Virus record (IMG/VR): IMGVR_UViG_3300030330_001640
Coordinates: 3,123 to 67,122 of that record
Source: a virus
Taxonomy: Duplodnaviria > Caudoviricetes
Reading direction: 5' to 3' (one strand)
DNA: 64,000 nt
The notes under the pieces were generated by a model. It was not told the DNA's origin. It worked only from the letters and a program-made list of their open reading frames with translations, and searched no databases. Made by a program: the position numbers and the translations under genes. Shown piece by piece: positions 53,346-62,605 of the stretch. Numbering within the stretch: the stretch's first letter is position 1; each line of letters starts with the position of its first letter.

Positions 53346-55211
53346 TTAAACAATTTCACAATTACCACCAGCGCAAGCTAACTCGCCTGATAGATCTGTA
53401 TTATCATCTGTTTCAACAACTTTAGTTAAATCAATATTAGATAATACTTTGGACATTTTATTATAATCAGACTCGCTAATGTCCTCAAACGGAGCCTGAG
53501 TGTACGTACCACCATCATATGGTAGTACTGATAATCCATTATAATAATCTCTATTACTCCACATCCACTCACCTGCCTTTTCCCATTCATCTTTTTTCAA
53601 AGATATTGTAGCAGATACATTATGTGTATTACTACCTCGTCTATGACCAGGTTTAATCCACTCTTGTGCTACACGTTTTACTCTTTCAAGAGTGTCAAAT
53701 GGTGATTCAGTTCTGAGTATTGATTCAGCCGGAGCTTTCTGTGGTACAGAAATAACAGCTGTATCGTGTGGCCTGAAGTACTCATCTTCAATTAATTCAG
53801 GATGTGACTTAGATAAATATTTATATATGGCCTCGTTTTTCCCTACGCGCATCCTACGAACATAATAATCATTATGCCATGCATGAATACCCGAAGACGT
53901 TCCGAGGACCAGAGATGTTGTCCCTGCAGGTTTTACGGTTGTACATCTAGCCGAAGATTTAATTCCTAAAATCTTTGCTACTCTCGTGTTTTCTTTTGTT
54001 ACGATATTTGCAGCGGCCTTCATATCCATTTGGAGCACAGCGGCACTCCCTATTCCTGTCATTGACACACCTATAAGAGCGTCTTTCTCTGTTGTCTCTT
54101 TCCATATTTCTCTAAGATAATGGAAGTCGGTATACGCAGCTTGTAACGTTCCAATAAACGCTGCTGCTTTAACTCTATTATTAAAGTCTTCTTGATCTTT
54201 AACATCAGATACATTAACTTCACATAGATTACAAAACTGAAACGGCCTAAGCGCTATCTCACAACAAGGATTAGTTCCCCAGTCTTTGTCGTTATTAAGA
54301 TATATACCAGGTTCTCCAGCTCCTGATAATTCAACTCTTTTCCATAAGTCCATAAAAAACTCTTTTGTTACTTTATGTCTCATTAAAACAGCAGAATTAT
54401 TTGCTCTACCTCTTTGTGGGTTAGTTTCCCACCAAGATCCAGATTTACACGCTATCATTTCATTATCAGTGGCTGTAAACAAACTGATTAACGCAGCTCG
54501 TCTAATACCACCAGCTAATACAGCATCTGCTATATGGCATATAATATCGTGTACTTCTAATGAAGTTAAAGCTGTACCGTCTTCTTTAGATTGAAGTATA
54601 CCTTCAACCTTAGTTAAACATTCTTTTAATGGCTGTGGACCAGGCGCTTTACCACCTGATGTCACTAGCCTAGCACCTTTCGGTCTTATGCATGTATAGT
54701 CAAAGTTTACTTTGGAAAGCTTCTTGTTGCTAAGATATGTTTTCATAAGTACTTTAACTGCATCAGACCAACCTTCAATTGAATCACCTATAACAAACCT
54801 CCTAGATCTTTTCACAAAAGGTTTAGTTACGTTAGGTAAATCTTTTATATGATGCTGTTGAACGGAATAACCGACTCCACATCCTGAAAGTAATAGAAAC
54901 ATTATTTCATTAAAAGCTTCTACATCATCTACAGGTAAATATGAACAGTTGTATAATCTGTTTGGACTTACTTGTATTGGTTTACCAGCAAATTGTAAAC
55001 TACGCATTGATGGTAGTATTTTCTTGGTAAATACATATGAATAAGCTTTTCTTATTTCAATCTCCAACTTTGGATAATTCTTAATATGCATCTGCATATT
55101 TCTATCAACTAGCTCGTCCCAAGTTTCTCTACGATTTAACTCAGGCATATACCTAGCATATTTCATATGAACAGTGATATCAGAAAGTATGTTTCTATTT
55201 ATATCTTTCAT
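53346..55211 (-). CDS. nrdJ: class II (adenosylcobalamin) ribonucleotide reductase, monomeric type
   Basis: PSMRSLQFAG, NCSY, GGIRRAA, TNPCCEIAL, CNL, TVKPAGT, C-terminal CAGGNCE. Confidence 0.93.
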   Translation of the reverse strand: MKDINRNILSDITVHMKYARYMPELNRRETWDELVDRNMQMHIKNYPKLEIEIRKAYSYVFTKKILPSMRSLQFAGKPIQVSPNRLYNCSYLPVDDVEAFNEIMFLLLSGCGVGYSVQQHHIKDLPNVTKPFVKRSRRFVIGDSIEGWSDAVKVLMKTYLSNKKLSKVNFDYTCIRPKGARLVTSGGKAPGPQPLKECLTKVEGILQSKEDGTALTSLEVHDIICHIADAVLAGGIRRAALISLFTATDNEMIACKSGSWWETNPQRGRANNSAVLMRHKVTKEFFMDLWKRVELSGAGEPGIYLNNDKDWGTNPCCEIALRPFQFCNLCEVNVSDVKDQEDFNNRVKAAAFIGTLQAAYTDFHYLREIWKETTEKDALIGVSMTGIGSAAVLQMDMKAAANIVTKENTRVAKILGIKSSARCTTVKPAGTTSLVLGTSSGIHAWHNDYYVRRMRVGKNEAIYKYLSKSHPELIEDEYFRPHDTAVISVPQKAPAESILRTESPFDTLERVKRVAQEWIKPGHRRGSNTHNVSATISLKKDEWEKAGEWMWSNRDYYNGLSVLPYDGGTYTQAPFEDISESDYNKMSKVLSNIDLTKVVETDDNTDLSGELACAGGNCEIV

Positions 55212-55332
55212 TTATTACTTATTATTTATTGTTAAACAAAAATCTACTAGTGGTAGATATACTACATAATTTACTTTTTTTCTTTCAATATAGGTTCTAA
55301 AACCAAAAAGAAAGCCGGGATAAAACCCTATA

Positions 55333-55797
55333 CTAAATTCCCAATCCATATAATTTATTTTTTATAGTTAATAATTCTATTACTTGATCACATTCCTTTT
55401 GGTTTTGAGGCTTATATAAAGTTACACGCGGATAACATTTGTTTATAAATTTTTTAAACAATTTCCATCTCATTGGGAAACTTTCATTAGCTCTACCTTT
55501 TGTTTCAATTATAAAATCTTCTCCAACAAAATCTGGAGTATATTTTATAGGTTGAATTTTTTTATTTCCTCTGTCTACAAACTGCCCTTTACCGTTAGAC
55601 TGTCTTTCATAACTTGAGGATTCAAAATCAAAACCTTCTACTAAAGTATATGTCTTACCTTCGTATTTAGCTTTTATCTTAGCTTTTTTTAACGCTTGAT
55701 ACATATACTTTTCTAGACCGGACGCGAAGGTTACACCGTCATATGTAACCTTCTTAGATCTTACTGGTCCTTTTTTACGTTTAATTTTCCTTTTCAT
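55333..55797 (-). CDS. PD-(D/E)xK endonuclease, T7 endonuclease I-like
   Basis: FASGLE, YTPDF, IIETKG. Confidence 0.75.
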   Translation of the reverse strand: MKRKIKRKKGPVRSKKVTYDGVTFASGLEKYMYQALKKAKIKAKYEGKTYTLVEGFDFESSSYERQSNGKGQFVDRGNKKIQPIKYTPDFVGEDFIIETKGRANESFPMRWKLFKKFINKCYPRVTLYKPQNQKECDQVIELLTIKNKLYGLGI

Positions 55798-56071
55798 CTA
55801 AATGTTCTTTAAGTTCTTCTTGTGCGGTTTGTATATACAATATCGCATCCATAAGTTCTTCTTGAATATCAATTAAATATTTCATTAAACCTTTCATTTT
55901 TGTTGTTCGCTCTTCATCAAGAGTCGTGCCGTATTTTAAGAAGCCTTCATCAGACCTTAACCTAAATTTATCTACAACACGTTTTACAACAGGATCTCTA
56001 AACTCTCCGTTATAATCATCTCTGATTTCAACGATACGACCCTTAGCGTTCATTATTTCTCTACTACTCAT
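55781..56071 (-). CDS. small all-alpha NTP-pyrophosphatase-like protein
   Basis: KYGTTL...QEELMDAILY (EExxD motif). Confidence 0.5.
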   Translation of the reverse strand: MSSREIMNAKGRIVEIRDDYNGEFRDPVVKRVVDKFRLRSDEGFLKYGTTLDEERTTKMKGLMKYLIDIQEELMDAILYIQTAQEELKEHLDEKEN

Positions 56072-56072
56072 A

Positions 56073-56861
56073 TTAATTATTTTTTACAAACGTTCCATTA
56101 ATCATCTTACCTTTTCTATTAACTATTTCAGCGTAAGCTCTTTCAGTACATTCTTCTATTGTTGTACCACAGAGTTCAGCTAAGTTAGTTAATACAACTA
56201 CCATATCACCTATACCGTCCATAATATCATTATCATTATCTTTTAGTATAGCTCTACCAACTTCGCCGGCCTCTTCCATTAGTTTAACATACTGAGTTTT
56301 AGCATCGCCAGATTCGTATATCCCTCTTTGTTCTGCCCATTCTCTAATCATATCAAACATAGGCACATACTCATGTTCAACAATTTCATTTGTTCTGTTA
56401 TTTAAATATTTAGCCATAGCTTTATTATATACATAACATCTATCATTATTATACATAGAGGTTACTGCGTTTTTAATTATCCACTTTGTAAGATCGTTAT
56501 CTAATGTAACGCTTCCATGTTCTGTTTCCCAGCTCATTTCTTGGTTATCCATTAGTTGACCTTTTAATTTGTTAAGTGGACATGGAAATGTTGTTGTTTG
56601 TTCTGTCACATTTATTTTCATATTACTATTAAATTTATTATTATTAAACAATTGACTATATGGTTTCATATCAACTCTGTAACCATATTCTTTTTGAAGT
56701 TCTAGCTCACGTTTAGATATATAATCTATATCTGTAGATGAATCTAAAATTTCATACTCACCTACCTCATATCCTTGTTGACGTTCAACTCTATTGTACA
56801 AGTCGTTTGTAACACCGATTTTTTTACCTGGTATGTGGTATATTGTATATTCTTTACTCAT
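56073..56861 (-). CDS. GIY-YIG-like N-terminal domain fused to a MazG-like nucleotide pyrophosphohydrolase
   Basis: IYHI..KKIGVT..L..R..E N-terminus; KLMEEAGEV...DGIGDMVVVL C-terminus. Confidence 0.7.
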   Translation of the reverse strand: MSKEYTIYHIPGKKIGVTNDLYNRVERQQGYEVGEYEILDSSTDIDYISKRELELQKEYGYRVDMKPYSQLFNNNKFNSNMKINVTEQTTTFPCPLNKLKGQLMDNQEMSWETEHGSVTLDNDLTKWIIKNAVTSMYNNDRCYVYNKAMAKYLNNRTNEIVEHEYVPMFDMIREWAEQRGIYESGDAKTQYVKLMEEAGEVGRAILKDNDNDIMDGIGDMVVVLTNLAELCGTTIEECTERAYAEIVNRKGKMINGTFVKNN

Positions 56862-57531
56862 TTATTTTATCTATTATATTGTTATACAAATGTAAGTTAT
56901 GTGCAAAGTGAAAGTATTCACCAACTAGTAATCCAAGTTCATCAGCAACCATTAATTGTAGTTTTGAAAAACAATATTGGTCATTGCAAAAACCGTACCA
57001 TAGATCGTTAGAACGCATTGTAACACACATATTAAGATGCTGGGCTACAATTGTAAACTGTATAGCATAAGTACATGGTGTATCAAATTCATAATCACTA
57101 ATTTCTTTAGCGTCATATATGCTTATAGCAGCCTGTCTAGTTCTAGGGTTTTTCTTTAACATATCAATAACTATATCTAATTGACTGGTTCTTTCCCATT
57201 GCCAACCGTAATTAGAATTAACATTACCATCTTTGTCAGCCATACGTTTCCATATCTCAGGTACTTTACCATATATATCACCTAGTGTTTTAATGTTTCT
57301 ATCACCAGTTAAATACCAATGCCATTCAGAATCAGCGTAACTCCATTTCCACTTACGTTGTTCACATTTAATAAAGTTATCCATAGGTTTTGTTATTGTA
57401 AAACCTACATTAAATAAAGCTTTAGTATCATCAAAATCAATACCATAATCTAGTATTTGCCTTTTATAATAACTAAATGCTTTATCTGCGTTTTTAAATC
57501 TATTCATATTACTTTCTTTTTCTTGGGTCAT
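56854..57531 (-). CDS. thymidylate-synthase-fold enzyme of the T4 gp42 (dCMP hydroxymethylase) type
   Basis: P.IW..A..G..NSNYGW, catalytic PCT, MRSNDLWYGFCND with Asp at the ThyA Asn177 position, NLHLY. Confidence 0.8.
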   Translation of the reverse strand: MTQEKESNMNRFKNADKAFSYYKRQILDYGIDFDDTKALFNVGFTITKPMDNFIKCEQRKWKWSYADSEWHWYLTGDRNIKTLGDIYGKVPEIWKRMADKDGNVNSNYGWQWERTSQLDIVIDMLKKNPRTRQAAISIYDAKEISDYEFDTPCTYAIQFTIVAQHLNMCVTMRSNDLWYGFCNDQYCFSKLQLMVADELGLLVGEYFHFAHNLHLYNNIIDKINE

Positions 57532-57841
57532 ACATATCTCCCCAAACTGGTTTACGTTTTTTTCTTATTGCTTCTATTTGTTTGTTACTATATTTATCGT
57601 AATAGTATTCGCAATATTTGTAAACTTTTTCCATGACATCTTTTTTGTCATAAGTTTTAGGATCGAGATTTTTTTTACCCTTTATTGTTATACCTATTCG
57701 CCATTGAGAATCACCGTTTACATAATGATACTCTGGGTTTACAACTATATCATTTTCCTCACACCAGAAATAAGGTATTAATCCTTCATATTCTCTTGAG
57801 TGATCTGGAAACTCTGAATTATCATTATCTAACTTTCCCAT
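57509..57841 (-). CDS. hypothetical protein
   Basis: ORF track; overlaps both neighbours. Confidence 0.6.
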   Translation of the reverse strand: MGKLDNDNSEFPDHSREYEGLIPYFWCEENDIVVNPEYHYVNGDSQWRIGITIKGKKNLDPKTYDKKDVMEKVYKYCEYYYDKYSNKQIEAIRKKRKPVWGDMYDPRKRK

Positions 57842-59547
57842 GGCAAATCTCCTACATTAGTCTCAGCTACTATTGGTATATAACTACCAGACTTTGGTTC
57901 CCAGTTAAAATGAGCTTCAGCTTGGTTTTCACCTAAGTTTTGAAATTTAACTTTCAATACTTTAGCTTTAACAGTTTGAGCTTCATAATCTCTATGAACT
58001 AATAACCCGTGGTAGCTAGCGTCGTACCATTCACCACCGCCTTTAATGCTATACATCGTTGGCTCTTCAATCTTACCTTCTTTGTCTCTATACATTTTAG
58101 TAGGATGTGCTACAACAATAACTAGTACATCATACTTTTTAGCAAACGTTTCTATTTTAGTAAGATATTCCATAGTATAACGATTAACATCTTCAGACTT
58201 GCAATCAACATCTCTAATCTTATTAAAAGGATCGATAACTAAACATTTAATACCTTTACGTTTAACAAGCTCAGCGCCTTTACGTAGTACATCTTCAAGT
58301 GTATATCTATCCATATCAATAAAGAAATAATTATCATTAACATGATCAGTTACTTGTTTCCATTTAGCAGTACCAATATCATCTTTAGTTGGCATACCTT
58401 CCCATGTCTTACGTATTAGCTTGTGAGCATGTAAAAAATTAGGTTTGTTTTCTGGTGATGCAAATGCTGTTTTCCAACCGTAGTTTCTATTATAACCTAT
58501 ACACATTTGGTCTACAAAATCTGATTTACCTGATGATGGTATACCTGTTACAGTTATAAACTGTGAAGTATATGTAGAAAATATTTTATCAAAATTTTCT
58601 AAACCAACTTGATAACCAGGTTTAAAACCATTGTGTACAAAGTCTAATAAGTCAGCTTCAAGATCTCGTAATGTTGATACACCTTCAAGTGGTACTTGAG
58701 TAGCAGACGTTATAACTTTTCTAAGTTTTTCTGCCCCGTGTTCTATTAAAAAATCATTAGCATCTTTGTTACCATTGAAGTCTACTAAATAACAAACTTC
58801 TGCACCAAGACGTCTAATAAATTCATACCTTAAAGCTTGACCAGCTTCATCAGCATCAACTGCTAGTATTATTTTTTCTTTATCTTCAAAATAATCTATA
58901 CAGTTATCTAAATAATCTAGATTATTACTATTTAACGTGGCTCCGTTAGGAACTGATATTACGTTTTTAATTCCAGCTTCATGTAACGCCAACGCGTCCA
59001 TTTCGCCTTCAACTATAACACACCAGTCGTAACCTACAATACTATTAATATTATAGAAAATTTTCTCAGCACCTTTATACAGTTTAAAGTTTTTTCTACC
59101 ATCTCTATACTTTATATTGATAAGCTCATCACCCATCATATAATTAAATTGTATAGTATTTTCTTTCTTCCCAGTTTGAGGCATATACTCTTCACCTGTG
59201 GTAACTTTTAAATCACGAAGGGAAGCTGGTGATATACCTCTACTCTCAAACCATTGAACTGCCTTGTCTTTAACTGGTTCAAATACTTCAACCGGTATTG
59301 GTTTTACGTATTCTCTAGTTGCACTACCTTTACGTTGATACGTGTGTAATTGAAAACTATTGTTACAGTTATGACAAGTACCGAGACCACGTTCCCAATC
59401 ATAAGAAGCACATTTTTTCTTCCTATTTTCAGGTTTCCTACATTCGGCAGACCAAGGGCATACACCCTGGGTCTTACCTACTTCTAGGCCATGTTGATTG
59501 AACTTATCAATCACAAATCCATTGATCTCTGTATTCTCTACTTTCAT
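57829..59547 (-). CDS. T7 gp4/Twinkle-type primase-helicase
   Basis: Zn-binding CPW..C and CHNC; TOPRIM VEGEMD and DADEAG; helicase GIPSSGKS and VIDP. Confidence 0.92.
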   Translation of the reverse strand: MKVENTEINGFVIDKFNQHGLEVGKTQGVCPWSAECRKPENRKKKCASYDWERGLGTCHNCNNSFQLHTYQRKGSATREYVKPIPVEVFEPVKDKAVQWFESRGISPASLRDLKVTTGEEYMPQTGKKENTIQFNYMMGDELINIKYRDGRKNFKLYKGAEKIFYNINSIVGYDWCVIVEGEMDALALHEAGIKNVISVPNGATLNSNNLDYLDNCIDYFEDKEKIILAVDADEAGQALRYEFIRRLGAEVCYLVDFNGNKDANDFLIEHGAEKLRKVITSATQVPLEGVSTLRDLEADLLDFVHNGFKPGYQVGLENFDKIFSTYTSQFITVTGIPSSGKSDFVDQMCIGYNRNYGWKTAFASPENKPNFLHAHKLIRKTWEGMPTKDDIGTAKWKQVTDHVNDNYFFIDMDRYTLEDVLRKGAELVKRKGIKCLVIDPFNKIRDVDCKSEDVNRYTMEYLTKIETFAKKYDVLVIVVAHPTKMYRDKEGKIEEPTMYSIKGGGEWYDASYHGLLVHRDYEAQTVKAKVLKVKFQNLGENQAEAHFNWEPKSGSYIPIVAETNVGDLPWES

Positions 59548-59548
59548 A

Positions 59549-59863
59549 TTAAAATGGTAAATCCTCTTTAGCTTCAGCAGTTACAGCTGGTCCTGATGCT
59601 GCTGGTTGATTATCTCTAGGCGCAGTACCAACGTTAGTTCCGTTAGTCCATACAACTTTAACATTACCTAAGTAAGTCTTAGAAGCTTTAGCCTCTCTTT
59701 CTTCCTTCGTTTGCTCAACAATTACTGGACCTTGATTACCAAACTGGTCTACATCATCATTAAGCGTTATTGTTATTGGTAAGTACTTACCTTTTTTACC
59801 TACAAATATTTTATCTTTCGGTATTTCAGAAAGATTTATTGAAGTTTTTATTATACTAGCCAT
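59549..59863 (-). CDS. probable single-stranded DNA-binding protein
   Basis: small beta protein with flexible linker and acidic C-terminal EDLPF. Confidence 0.7.
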   Translation of the reverse strand: MASIIKTSINLSEIPKDKIFVGKKGKYLPITITLNDDVDQFGNQGPVIVEQTKEEREAKASKTYLGNVKVVWTNGTNVGTAPRDNQPAASGPAVTAEAKEDLPF

Positions 59864-59865
59864 AT

Positions 59866-60054
59866 TTATCCATTTATTAAGTTAATTAATTCTTTTACTC
59901 TATCTACAGATACTCCTGTTACACGTCTAAAATTATCCATGCTTTTAGAATAAGGATGTAATCCGTCTTTTGAATTTTTATTTACATAAAAATTTTTGCT
60001 ATTTGCTCTATATTTTTTACCTGATATAGCGCAAGTTTTCATTTTATATCCCAT
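59866..60054 (-). CDS. small protein with degenerate zinc-ribbon motif
   Basis: CAISG...F...KDGLHPYSK resembles CxxC..F..DG...CK with Cys replaced by Ser. Confidence 0.55.
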   Translation of the reverse strand: MGYKMKTCAISGKKYRANSKNFYVNKNSKDGLHPYSKSMDNFRRVTGVSVDRVKELINLING

Positions 60055-60058
60055 AGGT

Positions 60059-60802
60059 TTATAAGGTTTTAGTTATTAAATATTGCTTACTGTCAAAATC
60101 TTCTGTTTTAAAGAACAGATCGTACGCGTCAGTAGCTTTACGTACTTTTTCTTCACCAGATTTATAAAAGTCTGGTGAACAGTCGAACAAACCTATTTGA
60201 TGTGTTTCTTTGTCTATAACCATAAACAACATCTCATAACCAAATAGGTTGCTATAGATATAAGCTTGACTATCATAGTTAAACTTAGAAGCTGACCATC
60301 TAAATCTATCTATATCACTAGTAGTTTTAAGATCGATTACCAATTGTTCGTCATGATTAACAATATCTGCTTTACCTTTCCATTTATTACCGAATATTTC
60401 AGTAATACCTGGCATTTCGTACTCTACAGTACCGAGACCTTCTATAAGTCCTCTACATATATTATTATCCATCATAGCTTCTGTCATTAATTCTATTTTA
60501 TCAACCTCATGTTGTAGTAAACATATCTCACCATCAGACATCTCTTTATATTTCTTAGTATTCCTAGTACTAGAATCTATAATCTTAAATCTTTTAAGTT
60601 TATCTGGTTCTAGTATTGCTGTATGAAAGTAACCGCCTACAACCATAGCTGTAGTACGTTCTTTTTGTTGGTGCAATAGTTTAGGATTTTTAAGTAATAT
60701 ATTTATATCTGAATTACTTAAGAACTGTTTACCATAATCTCCATAGTAATGTTCGTCCTGTTTTAATTTTTCTATTATTTTTTCTTTATCCATTAACTCC
60801 AT
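60059..60802 (-). CDS. RecE/exonuclease VIII-like PD-(D/E)xK nuclease
   Basis: LSNSDI, GGYFHTAILEP, KGKADI, IDLKTT, YDSQAYIY. Confidence 0.85.
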   Translation of the reverse strand: MELMDKEKIIEKLKQDEHYYGDYGKQFLSNSDINILLKNPKLLHQQKERTTAMVVGGYFHTAILEPDKLKRFKIIDSSTRNTKKYKEMSDGEICLLQHEVDKIELMTEAMMDNNICRGLIEGLGTVEYEMPGITEIFGNKWKGKADIVNHDEQLVIDLKTTSDIDRFRWSASKFNYDSQAYIYSNLFGYEMLFMVIDKETHQIGLFDCSPDFYKSGEEKVRKATDAYDLFFKTEDFDSKQYLITKTL

Positions 60803-61343
60803 TTTTTAATGCTTTCATTTGTTCTGGTGTAACGGTATATTTAGACTCGATAGCAGTAATTGCCCCTCCTCCTTTTACAAACTCAACAGCTTTTCTTAAT
60901 TGGTCTTCATTCATTTTAGCTTTAGCTTTATTCACAATTCTACTTGCTTTCCCATGACTATTAGTTGAGTCAGCATCTGCTGTATCATCAATTAGAAATA
61001 AGTTGCCTAATGCATACTTCTTTCCATAAGATGAAGCCGCTCCAAATTGTTGTGCCGTTTGCATACCTTTTTGTGTAAGGTCTACGCCGACTATCGCTGT
61101 TGCTGTGATTGAATTTGCACCATCAGACAAGATGGCCGTTGATTTAATTACAGGTACGTGAGTTGTATCAATTAATTCTTCTTCTACTCTAACTGATACT
61201 TTCTCTCGTAATAAGAAAGGCTTTACTGCCTCGAGTATGTCTTCTGCTTTACGGAAATAGTATTTTCCGAAAGAATTATAAGAAGACTTTTTTGCTTTTA
61301 ATTCAGTCTGTATGACTGCTAGTTTTTGGTTTAAATCTTTCAT
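60786..61343 (-). CDS. ERF-family single-strand annealing protein
   Basis: KSSYNSFGKYYFRKAEDILEAVKP; FGAASSYGKKYALGNLFLIDD. Confidence 0.88.
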   Translation of the reverse strand: MKDLNQKLAVIQTELKAKKSSYNSFGKYYFRKAEDILEAVKPFLLREKVSVRVEEELIDTTHVPVIKSTAILSDGANSITATAIVGVDLTQKGMQTAQQFGAASSYGKKYALGNLFLIDDTADADSTNSHGKASRIVNKAKAKMNEDQLRKAVEFVKGGGAITAIESKYTVTPEQMKALKNGVNG

Positions 61344-61369
61344 TGTTTATTGGTTTTGGTCTATATATA

Positions 61370-61398
61370 TAATTACATATTTCTAATGTTATTTACAA
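61370..61398 (-). promoter_or_regulatory. class II promoter-like motif before the ERF/replication operon
   Basis: TTGTAAA-N14-TGTAATTA on the minus strand, immediately downstream of the sigma gene. Confidence 0.6.
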
Positions 61399-61416
61399 TA
61401 GTAAATCGAGTGTAAC

Positions 61417-62172
61417 TTACAGGTAATCAACCACTTGCGAGTACTCAACTTTCTCGATTAACTTATCAATTGCAAGCTTTTTTAGTTGTGAAATACGTAC
61501 ATAAGAGCTACTACCTTTTATACCTAATATTTCAGCGATTTCTTTAGCAGAATGCTTTTCACAATCAAGTCCATATGATAATCTTAATACTTGAAATTCT
61601 TTAGGGTTTAAGTATTGTAACATCAAAGCTTTTATATATATTGATAGTAATTGTTTATTGTAATTACTTTTATCTGGTATATTATACGCAGCACTTTGTT
61701 GCTCTGGCGTACCATCATCAAGACTTGTAAATACTGAGTTAAAAAATAACTCAACAGCTTTTTTATCTTCACCAAAATCTTTTCTAATTTCATTTAGTTT
61801 ATGTTCAGGTATTCTCATGCTACCTCTATTGCTGTCAATTCCTCTACGTATAGCTCCTTTAATTCTTTTAGATAAAAAAGATTTTAAAGTTTTTTCTTGA
61901 TCTTTAGCTTCTAATATTGTATCCCAGTCTATTCTGTCTGCGCCTGCTGTTAAACCATAATTACCTTCTTGTATAAGATCGTTTATAGTCATAACGCCAC
62001 TAGCCGCTTGAGCTGTTGAGAATTTTCTAGCTAAGTTTTCCACAAGTGGTAGAAATTTTTGTATTAGTTGATCTCTACTTAATTCATGATATTCTAAATC
62101 TGGAAGCTTGCTGAGAGTTCTACTCAAATCATGTTTCCATCTAACGTAATTTTGTATATTATACTTTTTCAT
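61417..62172 (-). CDS. phage sigma-70-family factor
   Basis: region 2 LPLVENLARKF..DLIQEGNYGL..IRR; region 4 L.PKE.QVLRLSYGL..KEIAEILG..RISQL. Confidence 0.9.
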   Translation of the reverse strand: MKKYNIQNYVRWKHDLSRTLSKLPDLEYHELSRDQLIQKFLPLVENLARKFSTAQAASGVMTINDLIQEGNYGLTAGADRIDWDTILEAKDQEKTLKSFLSKRIKGAIRRGIDSNRGSMRIPEHKLNEIRKDFGEDKKAVELFFNSVFTSLDDGTPEQQSAAYNIPDKSNYNKQLLSIYIKALMLQYLNPKEFQVLRLSYGLDCEKHSAKEIAEILGIKGSSSYVRISQLKKLAIDKLIEKVEYSQVVDYL

Positions 62173-62605
62173 AGTCTTTTTCTAAAGTTTTAATGTATTC
62201 TAAACACGCTTCCCAGTTTCTATTACTCCAGTCTTTATTAAACCAAAACCAATTACCTTGGAAATCTGGTTGACCCCTGAATCTAGTGTCGTCGATTAGA
62301 ACATCACCGATTAATAAATCTTTTCTGTGCGTAAGTATTAACTTACGTTTTAAGTATGGAAAATGCTCTTCAATCCATTCTCTTTTATGACCCCATACTT
62401 CAGGTCTTGTCCAGGGAGGAGTTGATGCTATAAAAATCTCGTGGTCTGCATTTAGCTTGGCTACAGCTTTTATAGCACCTTCCATTACTGGTAGTGTTCT
62501 GTAGTTTACTACAAGATCTGGTCTTTTACTAAGTTTGTAACCTTGATGTTCCTGACCTTTTTTAAAATCAGTAATAACTCCGTCCATGTCTATATATATT
62601 CTCAT
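62159..62605 (-). CDS. 5'(3')-deoxyribonucleotidase (HAD)
   Basis: IYIDMDGV, IAST, KREWIEEHF, KDLLIGDVLIDD. Confidence 0.9.
   Translation of the reverse strand: MRIYIDMDGVITDFKKGQEHQGYKLSKRPDLVVNYRTLPVMEGAIKAVAKLNADHEIFIASTPPWTRPEVWGHKREWIEEHFPYLKRKLILTHRKDLLIGDVLIDDTRFRGQPDFQGNWFWFNKDWSNRNWEACLEYIKTLEKDYEKV

Noticed and set aside
13440-55211. inteins or group I introns in terL, nrdJ or other core genes
   Set aside because: ORFs are uninterrupted, of ordinary length, and contain no intein blocks; the only Hint domain is in 34636..35415
55305-55335. terminator between the endonuclease and nrdJ genes
   Set aside because: Only a 3-bp GGG/CCC stem before the T-rich tract; too weak to call
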